Shown here: positions 20,366 to 33,467 of the stretch, one piece after another
Layout of the letters: each line of letters begins with the position of its first letter
Numbering within the stretch: the first letter of the stretch is position 1
Source: Folioceros fuciformis
Lineage: Eukaryota
Reading direction: 5' to 3'
Assembly (NCBI GenBank): GCA_049999805.1
Contig: JBNGIO010006094.1
Span: forward strand, 56,503-95,306
Length of the DNA stretch: 38,804 nt
Program-made: the position numbers and the translations under genes
The notes under the pieces: generated by a model
What the model saw: only the letters and a program-made list of their open reading frames with translations
Told to the model about the DNA's origin: nothing
The model's database searches: none

Positions 20366-23300
20366 GCAGAGCGTCTGATCAGGGAGCTTTTGGAGATATT
20401 TTTAACGAAGCTGAATTTGAACCTGAGGCTAAACAACAACCTAGAAGAATGGGAGACGCAGCCTCAACCTACAATTATGGGGGTAATGAATCCTTCAAGG
20501 AGAAGGATAGGTTCAATGGCAACGACTTTGACATTTGGCTGATCCGGATGGAGGGCATTCTCGAAATGAGGGGCCTGCTGAAACATGCAACCGGAGCAGT
20601 AGTGAAACCAGACGCAGGATCTTCGGGAGAAGAAGAATGGTTAGCTAAGGACAGCGGAGCCAAGTACCTTATTCGCAGTGGCCTGACAACTGAAATGTTG
20701 AGGTAGACAGCAGGGGTACAAACTTCAGCCGAAATCATGGACCGTCTAAAGGAACTCTACGCAGGCCAAAACATGGTCAGTGCAATGACAGCTTTGAGAA
20801 ATTTCCAGAACTTGAGAATGAAGGACTGGGACTCAGTGGAGAAGCACGTGAGTACCTTTAGGACCCTAGCCTCTCGGCTTCAGGGTGCTTCACAAATTGC
20901 CATCAGGGATGAAGAGATGGTGATGAGGCTCCTTCTATTGCTTCCTGAAACTTGGTCACACTTTGTGACTTCTCATACAGCTGCTCAGACACAAGCTACA
21001 TTGTTAGCAAAGAAGCAAGGTGTGGAAATGCCAGAGATGAGGTTTTCACAGTTGGTTAGTTCTATGCTGCAAGAAGAAGCAAGCAGAAATAATCACAAGA
21101 AAGCAGGGAAACAACAGGCCCTGTACACCTCAAACAAAGGACGAGGAGGCAAGAAATTATTTTCCAAAGGAGATGGTGGAAATCCTTCCAAGGGAGGTAG
21201 CTCAGGCGGATCCTCATCAGGGAAGAAGACAAAGAAACAAGGAACCTGCAATTGGTGCAAGTTACCTGGACATTGGGAAAAGGAGTGTCGCAAAAAACAG
21301 GCTGGAGTTCCTCGCAAGGAGGGGACCAGCGCTGAGACAAATGTTGTGGTTAAAAAGTCTAATACCCCATCAGCCCTTACAGTTGGGATTAGGGAATTTG
21401 CAAGTCCATTACTGCTTCCCACCTGCCTTTCTTCCAAAGCTAATCTGAAACCAATAGACGAATGGTATTTGGATACGGGTGCAACAGCACACATCTGCTT
21501 TGATAGAAATGCATTCAAAACATATAAGTCTGTTTCAGATAAGTATGTTTACCTTGGGGACGACAGGTCTCTAGTCGCACCTGGGCGAGGCACAGTTGAG
21601 TTACTAGTTCCTACAGGGATTACACTCATGTTGTTAGAAGTCTACTATGTGCCTGAAATGACTCGAAACCTGATTTCAGTTAGAAGATTGAATGCCGACA
21701 ATAATAGTCATGTCGTATTCACAAGGACAGATTGCTGTATCATAGATGCCATTGACCCTAGAAAGGTCCTTGCACATGGGTCCTCTAATCACCATCTGTT
21801 CCGTCTTCATTTGCACAGTGGATCAGTAGAGTCCCACATGACACAAGATGTCTCACTTGCGTCTGCACAACAAACAACAAAGTCAAAATTGTGGCATTCA
21901 CGTTTGGGTCACCCCCACATGGCAAAGTTACAAAAATTGGCTGTGAGTGACTTGTATCAAGATGGACCCATTGGCCCTTTGACTGGCATACCTTTTTGTG
22001 AGGCTTGTGTGCTGTCAAAGAAACACCAAGCTGATTTCAAGAACAAGGCGCCTTATCGTGCACATGATCTCCTTGAGCTAGTACATACTGACCTGTGTGG
22101 ACCCTTATCTCAAGAGTCCATAGGAGGTGGACGTTATTTCCTAACTTTTACAGATGACAAGAGCAGATTTGTCACTACCTATATCCTGAAAAACAAAAGC
22201 GACTGTTTCTCCTACTTCAAGGAATACATAAAGTTCGCTGAGCGTTGGACAGGACAACAGCTCAAGACTCTAAGATATGATAATGGCGGGGAATTTACCT
22301 CTAATGAATTTCAGCAATTCTGTAAAGATGAAGGTATAGGACGTCAACTTACAGTCGTATACACTCCCCAGCAGAATGGAGTGGCAGAGCGATTGAATCT
22401 TACATTGCAGGAGATGGTTTCCCCCTTGTTACATGACGCTCACTTGCCCCTACCTTACTGGGCTGAGGCTTTGATGACTTCAACCTTCCTACTAAATAGG
22501 TTGCCCACCACTGCTGTTGAAGATAAGACACCCTATGAGGCCTTTACCGGCAAGAAGCCCTCAATTCAACACTTGAGGATTTTCGGCTGTTTAGCATATG
22601 CCTTCATTCCTAAGCAGAAACGCGATAAGCTGTCATCCAAGGCACGCAAGCTACTAATGTTGGGTTATACGGAGGGGATTAAAGCTTATAAGCTCTATGA
22701 TGCCCCCACGAATAGAGTCATCTATGCTCGGAGTGTTACCTTCGACGAAACAAGGACTTGGGCTTCAGTGGGAGCACATCCTTCTATTCCTGAACTTGAA
22801 GAAAATGAGGACATTTATGAATTCTCTCATTATGACCTGACAGATCATGGCACACAGGCTCCACCTGTTGAAAACATTCCACCTGTTGAGGAAGATGCTC
22901 ATGCAGGAGGGGAAAATCAGGCAGTGTTAGATGACGAGCAATCTGCACATGACATTCCACCTGTAATGCCCCTGCCCGATATACAGGATCACATTTCTCA
23001 ACCAGATCACACATTCATTGATGAAACAGCTGACGGTGATGCTGAAGATGAAGCTGACCAGAATGAGGCATCTGAGGACTTGCATGATACTCTTCCTGCT
23101 GAACCTGCACACGAGTTTGAGCGAGAGCCTATTAGACGTTATCCTACATGTGAACGTCGACTTCTTGACTACTATCATGCACCAGATTTCAAGATTACCT
23201 CTTCTTATGTAAAGGCTTATGCTGCGACAATGTCAAATCCTATAGAGCCACAGTCTTATGAGGAAGCCCTCAACAGACCTGATCACAAGGAATGGAGAAA

Positions 23301-24843
23301 GGCAATCCAGTCATAATATGATTCCCTTATCGAGAACGGAACTTGGGAATCAGCAAAGTTGCCCAAGGGCAGAAAACTGGTGTCATGTAAATGGGTTTTT
23401 AAACTGAAGGTTAAGGCAGATGGATCATTTGACAGATACAAAGCTAGATTGGTCGCTAGAGGTTTCACAAAAATTCCAGGTTTAGATTACCTCGAAACTT
23501 TCGCTCCCGTAGTCAAGCATGCAACTTTTCGTACCATGTGTGCAATAGCTGCTGACCTGGACTATGAACTTAGGATGTTTGATGTGAAGACTGCTTTCTT
23601 GCATGGAATCCTTGATACAGAGATCTACATGCAGCAACCAAAGGGTTTTGAAGTCAAAGGAAAGGAGGATTATGCATGCAAGCTAATTAAGTGTCTATAT
23701 GGACTTAAACAATCAGCTATGAAATGGAATGCTAGACTAGATGAGGAACTTCTCATACTAGGTTTTGCTAAGAGTAAAGCAGATAACAGTTTGTACATAT
23801 ACATCAAAGGAGATGTTATATGTTACTTAGCTGTTTATGTGGACGACCTTATACTCGCAAGCAACAACCTGGACTTTATATCTTCAGTTACCAACCTGCT
23901 GGCAAAGAAATTTAAAATGACAGACCTTGGTCCTCTACAAAGCTGTTTAGGAATACATATACAGCGAAATAGAGAGAAGAGAATTCTCACCATGACACAA
24001 CCTCGATACATATTGGAAAGTGCAGAGCAGTTGGGTCTGAAAGATGCCAAGGCTGCTGCTACACCACTTCCAAGTGGCCTTAAGCTAAGCAAGGACATGT
24101 CACCTGTCACACAGTCAGAGAAAAATGACATGAGGAATGTACCTTACAGGCAGGCTGTAGGGAAGCTAATTTATGCAGCAAACTTCACATGGCCTGATGT
24201 AGCATATTCAACAAGTGCTTTATCACAGTATCTGGAAAACCCCGGGCAAACTCACTGGACGTGTGTGAAAAGAGCATTTCGATATCTCAAAGGCACTTAC
24301 AACAGTGGGATTGTGTATGCTTATAAGGATGAAGTTTCATCATATCTTCATGTCTATACGGACTCCGATTATGCAGGCGACATTGATAGCAGAAGGTCAG
24401 TATCGGGATGTGTGATCACTTATGCAGGTGGACCAATTTGCTGGTCCAGCAAGAAACAACCAACAGTAGCACTTTCAAGTACTGAAGCAGAGTATAGGGT
24501 ACTTACAGCTGCTGCCAAAGAAGTTATTTGGTTGAAGTTGTTGTTTTCTGAGCTTGGAATTTGCTTGCCAACCTGCATCGTTATGAAAACTGATAATCAA
24601 GGAAGCATGTCCTTAGCAGAGCATCCTGTGTTTTACTCAAGAACCAAGCATGTGGCTGTTGAGTATCACTGGATAAGAGAACTTCTTGCAGCAGGCACAA
24701 TCAGCTTAGAATATGTGCCCACTCAGGAAAACCCTGCGGACATGTTCACAAAAGCACTAGGCAGAGAACTGCACGAAAGACATGTGAAGTTTTTAGGTCT
24801 GGGTGACTCTTCAGAGTCCCTAGGCACTATCAAGTCTCTCTAA
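20362..24843 (+). pseudogene. gag-pol: copia E gag-pol, single frame with two premature stops
   Basis: CNWCKLPGHWEKEC, WYLDTGATAH, LWHSRLGH, HTDLCGP, DNGGEF, QQNGVAER, YVDDL, NPADMFTK; TAG at 20704 and TAA at 23314. Confidence 0.95.
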
Positions 24844-25820
24844 ACTCACCTTAAAACCTAGTAGTCCCCCCCATCCACCACTGAATCCTGAGTGACCGTC
24901 ATCATGATCAGAAGGACTATAAGGCTCATTTGTCCTCATGGACAGAGAGCTAGAAGAAGTACTATCAGCAGGATTTTCAGAATCAGGTTCATAAGGTGAA
25001 GAGAAACTTTCTCCAGATCTGGGCGAATTACGTTTCCTTCTCTCCTGATATGAGATCCTCTCTTCAGACTCGAGGTCTTCTTCTTCCTTCAGACGTGATG
25101 TAGATCTTGCCAAACAGTGGGAGTTAGGGACTTTATAATTCAAAGGCTACTAGGAATAATAGAAAGGGGGTTAGAGACTTACTGTAGAAACTGACGACGT
25201 GGCCAGGGAACTCCTGGCACATCACCACACGCACACGCACCATCTTGACTCTAGGAGAGTCACACATATACCACAGAGGAGAGCACGGCTGCCTGGATGA
25301 GCCCAAAGTCACTATCTTGGTCTCAGAATCAGCATCCCTAGGAGCAGGAAATTTCCAAGGAGTTGGTGGCCTAGAATCAGAATCGGAATAAGCACCCATG
25401 TGTTTCTGTTTTCCACCAGCAGTGGGAGCTTGGACAGGAGCACGCCGAGCAGCCCTTGTAACAGTAGCAGGCACACCCGATTCGGCAGCAACCCTGTTAG
25501 CTAGGAACTCATGAGTTGTCCCACGGGGCCTCCCACAAGGACGCCTTACATCAGGAGCTCCTGCAGCTGAAGTAATCACGACGGGTGTGACCTGAGCAGC
25601 TGTTCTAGTCTTGGTGAACCGGCCTAAGCTGTCCCTGGCCTGGCATTTTTTTTCTTTTCTTTTGAGCAGGAAGCTCAGGCTCAGCAGAAGATGGAGACAT
25701 GCTGAGCTCACTTGGAACAAGTTTCTTCAGCAGAAGTACGAGAATCAAGCACAGGGCGTAAGCAAGGCTTAAGAAAGAAGCGCACCTCTCTGCGATTCGC
25801 TTCACACTGGGAGTTTCCAT
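24820..25820 (-). CDS. Putative antisense 3' ORF of copia E, probably spliced or frameshifted
   Basis: AAAACCATGG start at 25820; a candidate 61-nt GT-AG intron (25785-25725) joins it to ORF 25133-25720; basic KRK tract, RDSLGRF, AT-hook-like RPCGRPRG; Ser/acidic ORF 24820-25143 follows. Confidence 0.5.
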
Positions 25821-25990
25821 GGTTTTATTCGCCTGAAAGCTGTAGAGTAAGCTCAGTGCTTGTGGTACACTCCGTGTAGCAACCGACCATGCAACCGAGA
25901 TGAAGCTGGACAGACAGACATTCATAAAAGGAAACACAAGGAACCGACGCGAAGGAGAAGACTGTACAAGTCATGATCAACAAGTGGGAG

Positions 25991-26261
25991 TGAAGAAATA
26001 AATGTTAATTATGGATAAGTGTTGACTCATGCTTGGATTTAGGGTTACCTTAGTTTAAATATATCTATGTAAAAATTAGGTCTAGTCACCTAATACCCTT
26101 TCTGAAAGGTTGTGACTCTTAGGAGTTCACGTGATGCTTAGTATCTCATCACTTGATTTAATTATAAGTCAGTTTTCATATACACAATAACAACAACAAT
26201 AAATATATATACAATGTAATTGTTCAATTTAATTCATTTGTCAATTTCACATAATTCTTCA
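25991..26261 (+). repeat. 3' LTR of copia E
   Basis: Follows PPT AAGTGGGAG and precedes TSD GATAC. Confidence 0.98.
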
Positions 26262-27467
26262 GATACGTCCTATCCAAGGTCGAGAGGTTACGAAGAAAGC
26301 AAAGGGAGAGGTTGCAGGTTTATGTGGAAAGATTCCATAGCCTGCGGGACCATGCTGGCCCCCATTCAAAGCTCATGGCAATACGTTGGTTTGCTAGGGA
26401 CCTAGGCACAACAATGGGGAAGCATGTACGACTCCAAGCTGAGAAGGATTTGGACCAAGCAATCAGAGTTGCTCTGAACTACAAAGAGTCCAATACAGAG
26501 CAGTGGAAGAAATCAAGGAAGGATGAAAGGAAGGGCCGGGGGGACAAGAAGAAATCCAAGAAGAAAAAGAAGAAGTACTCCTCGTCCTCCGATGACCATT
26601 CAACGGAGGCAAGAAGCTCTTCCAAGGACTCCTCGGATAGCTCCACGGAGGAAGAAATCAACAACAGCTATGAGGAAGATTCGTCGGGTGATGAGCGCAG
26701 CCGGAGAAAGGAAAAGAAGAAATCAAGAATCGAAGTGGAATGGAAGCGCCATACCCAAGGGAAGGAGCGGGTGAAGGCAAAACAGGAGGTCGCAAGCGCA
26801 AGGAAGGATGCTGAACAAGCGAGGAAGGAAGCGGAGAAGGCGGCCAAGAAAGTGGAACAACAAGGGAACAAGATGGAAGAAAAGGTTGGAAGAGATGATG
26901 GCCGAATTGGAGAAGCTCCACATTAATGCGGTGGAGGACCACGAGAGGCGAAGAGTTACTGTGGGTGTCCGAGCAAATCTTTTTTGTTCAACTTGTGAGC
27001 AGGATGGGCACTCAAGAGCTAGCTGCCCGCAGATGACGGTGCAGCTGCTGGACTATGAGGAAGGGGAGGAAGGAATGCACCTGGTTGACACATACCAAAT
27101 TCAGGAGGCAACCCCAATTTATGGGTACCCGAAGACTCCATACCCTGCGAATCTTTGAAATCCTATTGGCATGGGAATGCGAAATCAGGTGGTGAGGACG
27201 GCTAGACAGGTGAATGCTATCCAGTGCTACAATTGCCGAGGATTTGGGCATCTTGCAAGCCATTGTCCTTCAGCAACTCGTCAAGGGAACAGTGATTTTG
27301 AGAGGCTGTGTATGGACTGCAAGCAGCTAGGGCATGTGGCAGGCAGTGTTCTTTGCCAGCCACTAAAGAAGCACGTGAGAATTGCTCAACCTCCAGTCAT
27401 AGTAACCCAACCATCCATGGGGCAAAATTCAGTACCAGCGAAGCATGTCCAAGATGCACTCATGGCA
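26262..27467 (+). pseudogene. gag: Ty3 gag, C-terminal part with three zinc knuckles
   Basis: YVERFHSL, LDQAIRVALNY, K/S/E-rich linker, CSTCEQDGHSRASC, CYNCRGFGHLASHC, CMDCKQLGHVAGSVLC; frameshift and stop. Confidence 0.85.
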
Positions 27468-27672
27468 AGTTAGAATTGCATGCGGAAGCGTCTTAAGCAA
27501 AGATGGTATATTAGCAAATTAAATTAAGTGTGTTCATAGGTGGGCTTTTATAGGTGGCCTCGCAAGGGGTGTGTCCTTTTGCTAGCCTAGCTAACTACCT
27601 ATACTAACTGCTAGGTCTAGCTAACTAACCATATTGGTACAGAGCCAAAGTGGTCTGCTATTATATCTAACT
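27468..27672 (-). repeat. 3' LTR of copia B
   Basis: AGTTAG...CTAACT, direct repeat of 33994-34198. Confidence 0.95.
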
Positions 27673-27907
27673 CTCCCTTTCAGACATGTTGCCAATCTGA
27701 GATCTCAAAACTAAGAAAAGGAGATCACAACTAAAAGTAACTGTCACTGAAGGCTACCATCTTCGACTCGGCTGTCACATCTTCTAGTCGTACCTGTTGT
27801 CCGTCGTCGACAGCAACTCACGCAGTAGAGCACCAGTCATGACCAAAGCAGAAGCAACTCTTCTAGTTAAGTTATCTTCGTAGATGATGGAACAAACACG
27901 GAAAGCC

Positions 27908-30900
27908 TCACCAAATGAGTGATTTGTGTAGCGTCACATAGCTACTACAATCTACAAGTCCAAGCCCTTCTTTGTGGAAACAGTGTTTAAACTTGGGCAA
28001 AGACTTCGTCAGAACATTGGCCGTATTATCATCTGTTGACACATATTGTATCTTCACTAAGCCCCTCTCAGCAGCATCTCTAACATAGTGATGTTGAATC
28101 TCGATGTGCTTAGTACGGGCGTGAAACACAGGGTTGGAAACCAAGGCGATGGCTGACATATGATCACAGTTAATAAGCGTAGGTCCTGCTTGTTGCATAC
28201 CCAAGCCTGTGCTTCCTTTCCCACTCTGCCTCCTTAGTGGCTTCTGTGAGAGCTTTGTACTCCGATTCCGTGGAAGACAAAGATATAGAGGCTTGTTTCC
28301 TACAAGACCAATTCACAACAGTGGAGCCGGCAAGGAAGCAATAAGCCGATAGACTCTTTCGGTGTCTGCATCGGAAGCCCAATCTGCATCGACATAGCAA
28401 GTCAGTTGTAGAATCCTTTTGCCACTGGGCTTGCAGCAGAGACCATAGTTAGGAGTACCCTTGAGGTACCGCATAATTCTTTTAAGTGCTACCCAGTGAT
28501 CCCTTTCTGGGTTTCAGAGAATTGCGCAACTACATTAACAGTATTAGATATGTCTGGTCTTGTCTAATTGCTTAGAAACATGAGAGTGCCAACCGCCATA
28601 CGATAAGGCACACTCTCCTTTTCCTTTTTCTCTTCATCAGACTGTGGACAAGAAGATGAGGAGAGCTTAACACCAAGAGCACCTGGAGTGACAGCTGCTC
28701 GTGCATTCTCCAAGTTGAACCTCTTGAGCATCCCGGCTACGTATCGACCTTGATGAAGGTAGATTGCTCCAGTGGACCTGTGTTTGTGTACGTGCATTCC
28801 AAGGATGTATTTAACTTGACCCAGATCTTTCATTTCAAACTCCTTGCTGAGATCAGCCTTGATCTGGTTAACCAGCTCCACATTATTACCGGGGATAACT
28901 AAGTCATCCACGTATAATGCTATTAAAAACAAGTGAGCTGTCCTTTTGTAGCACATACAGGTTAGTATCTGCTTCGCTTTGCACGAAGCCAATCTTCTTA
29001 AGATAAGAGTCAATTCTCTTGTACCACAGTCGAGGACTTTGTTTGAGCCCATAAATATAACAAAGGAGTTTACACACCTTTTGCGGAAATCTCTTATCCT
29101 GATAATCCTCAGGTTGATCCATGTAGATCTCTTTTTCCAAGTGACCATAGAGGAAGGCTATACAAACGTCTAGCTGATAGATGTCCAAGTTAAGTTCTGC
29201 ACATAAAGCAAGGAGCATCCTTATTGAAGCTGCTTTGACGACAGGTGAGTAGACTTGATCGATCAAGCCTTGATAGTCGACTCCTTCTTTTTGACTATAG
29301 CCCTTGGCCACTAGCCTCGCTTTATAACATATGCGGGGCTCAACCTCTTGAAACTTTGTTTTGAGTACCCACTTGCACTTGACAGTTGTCCTTCTTGGGG
29401 GTAGATCCACTAACGTCCAAGTGTTATTCTTGACTAAAGAGTTATACTCATCGTCAACAGCCAGTTTCCACTTGTTAGCCTCAGGTCTCACATATGCTTC
29501 ATGAAGTGTGAGAGGATCTCCCTCTGAAACAACAGAACTCCTAGCAAAAGAATAGGCATCTGGATCAAGATCTGTATACCCAGCTTGATTGAACTCCAAG
29601 TGAAATGGCTTCTCATGCCAAAGGTGTCTTGGGAGTCACAGACCAGAGGAGAGTAGCGGACCAGAGGAGAGAATGCTAGCCTCATCGAAAGTGACAGTCC
29701 GAGCATAAACAGGAGTCCGAGTAGCCAGGTCAAGCAACTTGTACGCCTTGCAATCCTCACCATAACCCACAAACACCAGCTTCCGTGCTCGAGAAGAAAG
29801 TTTATCATAGAGCGGGGAGAGGACATAGGCATAAGCAGGAGAGCCAAAGATGCGCAAATGGGTGATCAAAGGCTTGTACCAATGCCAGCACTCAAAAGGA
29901 GTACGGCCCACCACAGACTTGGTAAGTAACCTGTTCTTGATGTAGGCTGCCGTAGAGACGGCCTCAGCCCAGAAAGACTTAGGCAAGCGAGACTGGGCCA
30001 ACATAGCCCGCGCCATGGCCATAAGGTTGCCATTGGCCTTCTTAGCAATGCCATTGTGAGCAGAAGTGTAGGGAACAACGAATTGTCTCAAGATCCCACG
30101 CTCCTCACAATAGTCTTTGAATTGATGGTTGTTGAGTTCTCCCGCATTGTCGGATCTAATGCACCGTAGCTTGCATCCAGTGTGCAACTCGGCCATAGAA
30201 ACAAAAGATGAGAACTCAGCAAAGGAGTCACTCTTGAGACGAAGGGGGTACGCAAAGGAGTACCGGGAATAATCCTCCACTATTGTCATAAAATGGTGTG
30301 CTCCGCCTAAAGAAGTAACAGGGAGAGGTCCACACAAGTCTATGTGAACTATCTCCAAAGGCTGAGAAGCCCTATGAGCAGGAAGACCAGAGTAGGGAGA
30401 GCTCCGCTGCTTGGCGAGCACACACGCTCCACAAAGAGGTGGTGTCTTGGCCAAGGAGGGCAACTTATCTCGATATAAGTCCTGCTGTGTCATGGCAAGG
30501 AGCTTGGCAGGATTGAGGTGCCCAAGTCGACAGTGCCAGAGTTGAGCATTCCCAGATGGAGGGAGCCCATGTGGTGAGGCAACCTTAGAAGATGCTACCA
30601 CGGCTGCAAGTGTGGTGGTCACAGGGGTGCCAGTGAAGATGTAGAGATCACTTTGGGGCTGCCCTCTAGCTACAACGTGCCTTGGTTGAGAGGAACGATA
30701 GAGGAAACAATCCTCATGTCCAAACTCCAGCCGAAAAGCTCCATCAAGCAGAAGTTGGCGAACGAATATCAAGTTCTTAGCCATCTGCGGGACGTGGAGC
30801 ACACTAGTTAACACAAGGGAGGAACCATCCTCGAATGTGAATGTCACGGAACCAACTCCAGCAATAGCAAGACCAGAGTAATCGCCCAACAACAAAAAGC

Positions 30901-32146
30901 GTTGAGTGTCAGTTGTCGTCGTGTAGGAAGTAAACATGTGCTTGGAGCTGCAGATATGGGCAGTGGCCGCGGAGTCTAGCAACCAGGAGGTCCTGAACTC
31001 TGAAGCTACCAAGCACACGGTTAAAGCAATCTCAGACTTGGATGGGTTCTTGGCCTTGGAGACGACAGCTGTATTGGCAGTCTTGATCTTACGCTTAGCC
31101 TCACCGACTTGCTTCTTCCTGCACTCCTGCTCCCAATGGCCGGGTGACTGACACCAGTTGCACGTTCCTTGATGTTTCGTAGGCTTGGAGGAAGAAAAGG
31201 CAGAAGAAGCAGCCTTTGTTGTGACGGAGTTGATGTTTCTCCGGGGGTTATGCCCTTGCTCTTGATGTTGATTTTGTGACCGTCCTCGAGTCACAAACAT
31301 CACTCGGTCTCCACCATGTTTAGATGTGCCGGAGTTGAAGTGGGATGCCTCCTCCTGAAGGAGTGCGCCAGCTAGCTCGAACACAGTTAGGGAGGATTGT
31401 CCACCAGCCGCCACTGCTCGTTGTGAAGCCGGACCGACTGGTTTTGCGAAGAGACGAACAACTAGTAACTAGCCGGAAGGCTAGCTAGACGCTGGACAGC
31501 AGCATCAAATTCAGACATAGTAGTCCNNNNNNNNNNNNNNNNNNNNNNNNNNNNNNNNNNNNNNNNNNNNNNNNNNNNNNNNNNNNNNNNNNNNNNNNNN
31601 NNNNNNNNNNNNNNNNNNNNNNNNNNGCTAGACGCTGGACAGCAGCATCAAATTCAGACATAGTAGTCCCGAGTGCAACCAATTGTGCCGGAAGGTACCT
31701 GAATCGGCTCACGTGATGGGCAATACTATCACCTTGTTGCATCCGAAGAGTGTAAAACTCTTGTCGGACGGTGACTAAGGTCATCACATTCATTGACTAA
31801 TAGATGTCATTGATCTGCTTCCAGGCCTTTGCTGAAGTAGTCGCACCATCGGTGTGATGCAAGATGGTTTCGTCAAGGCCAGAAACCAGCATTTGCAAGG
31901 CTTGACGATCTAGCTTGAGCCACGCATCAACCGCCGACTGAGGTGCAATGGGCTTAGGGGAAACACCCTCCACCAGTGGGAGAAGATCGCGCGTGTTGAG
32001 AGGTGTCTTCATCCGTCAAGACCAAATCTCATATTTGGTCCCGTTAAACCTATCTCTCTCTTTGAAATCAGTATAGACGCCATAACATTAATTACAAGAG
32101 CCAGAGATGGCGGAGGTGGTGGTAGTGGTGAAGTTCCTCCTGACAT
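27908..32146 (-). pseudogene. gag-pol: copia B gag-pol with frameshifts and stops
   Basis: CNWCQSPGHWEQEC, WLLDSAATAH, LWHCRLGH, HIDLCGP, SDNAGEL, YKARLVAKGYSQ, LYVDDL, HARTKHIEI. Confidence 0.94.
31527..31626. other. Assembly gap (100 N), probably spurious
   Basis: The 43 bp before the gap (31484-31526) are repeated directly after it (31627-31669). Confidence 0.95.
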
Positions 32147-32435
32147 GGTCAAATCCTTGGCTCCACAATTGTGTAAACGAGCAGCGTGTTGTGACACAAG
32201 GCTCAGAAAAACACAAATGTAGTGTGAGCAAAACTTTTCCAGGAGAGTTCAAAGCAATCACACTCACACCAGCCACCTACAACACATCAGTCAGTTCCTG
32301 TGCTCTAATATTGTTTTCCGGTACACTTGCCCTATCAAAGCTTGACTGTATGCGTCGAACAATTTCAGCAACGTTCACAAGATTAGCGCTGATGTGTGTG
32401 ATCGACTGCCAGAGATTTTGGTAATGGAGAGAGCG

Positions 32436-33467
32436 TTACTCAGGAGCAGAAGCTTGGGCCTGGGCTTCATTGTACTTGAACTCCTTGTAGGTAGCTTCCA
32501 AAGTCTCGTAAGCAGGAGAGGACGATCTTGGTTCCTCCTTAACAGCTACGAGGGTAGGTTTTGACGATGTCTCAGTGTTGAAATCGTGTGCAGGAGGCAC
32601 ACTTCGCATAGCCAAAAACCGTCGGAGTTGAGAAGGATGGCCACCAAAATCGCCACTGATTTCTGCTGGAAAAGAGCCCGAAAAGGAATTAACAGGTGTG
32701 GGAAAAATAGAACCGGTAGCCCCGTTGGAGGTGACGGGGGTCACGCCCATTCGTGAAGTAGTCATGCCGTTCCGTTGAACGGGCACCCCATTGACTCGAA
32801 TCCGTGGCAGCCCGTCGCAGGGCACCGTTTCGCGAACGGGCGCCCAACTTAAGGGCACCGATTCGCGAGCAGGCCCAGCCTTGCGAGCGGTTGCCCAACT
32901 TAAGTTGGGCACCGTTTCGCTGGGGGTCGTGACCCCTTGCTGGGGCGCGTCTCCTGCGATGCGCTCCTTGATTGCAACCTCGACGAAGGAAACCACCTAG
33001 GGCTGGGAAATTGGGCCACCGCCGGTGTCTCTACTTCTGACAGATGGGGCACCTTGCGTGGCTGATCAATTCGGGCGCCTCTCCACTCCAAATTGCTGCC
33101 TGGATGGGGAAAAATCGGTGACTATCAATCATCGTCACTCTCCCCCCAAGCAGAATTTCCAGTGGAATTGAGGCCGTCGGACAAATCCTGCTGGAGGGAC
33201 GTGCTTGATTCTTCATGGTGCCTTAAGGATGTCGGGTCCCAATTCTCAACGATTGTGGACCGCATTAGGCTGGGGAGTCCACCCTCGGTTATCCAAAGCT
33301 TGGATTAAAGCATCAAGGAAGTTGTCGCCCAAGGATTGAAAGTGGCGAGGTACAAACTGCAATCCGAATCCCTGTGAATTCCTTCGTTGAAGCGATCGCC
33401 CTTGAGCACGCTCCACATTGTCACCATAGAGCCGAGAATGAGCAGCGTTGCGACGATTTCTGACCAT
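32436..33467 (-). pseudogene. Degenerate extra 5' ORF (ORF0) in the leader of copia B
   Basis: Same-strand ORF pieces MVRNRRNAAHSRL..., ...GGRVTMID...RCPICQK and a 186-aa piece tile the leader; short matches to the B' leader ORF at 2131-2514. Confidence 0.5.

Larger units (their letters stand above)
19018..26261 (+). mobile_element. Young full-length copia E with extra ORFs
   Basis: 271-bp TG..CA LTRs with one difference by eye; TSD GATAC (19013-19017, 26262-26266); PBS 19289-19301; PPT 25982-25990; domain order PR-INT-RT-RH. Confidence 0.98.

Noticed and set aside
20704-20706. Programmed stop-codon readthrough in copia E
   Set aside because: The TAG is in the N-terminal part of gag, not at the gag/pol boundary, and lacks a CARYYA readthrough context.
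21062-24131. Short antisense and alternate-frame ORFs over gag-pol regions
   Set aside because: Shadow ORFs of long coding frames with no recognisable motifs.
26312-26926. Lys/Ser/Glu-rich ORF as a host nuclear protein
   Set aside because: It is contiguous with the Ty3 gag once copia E is removed.
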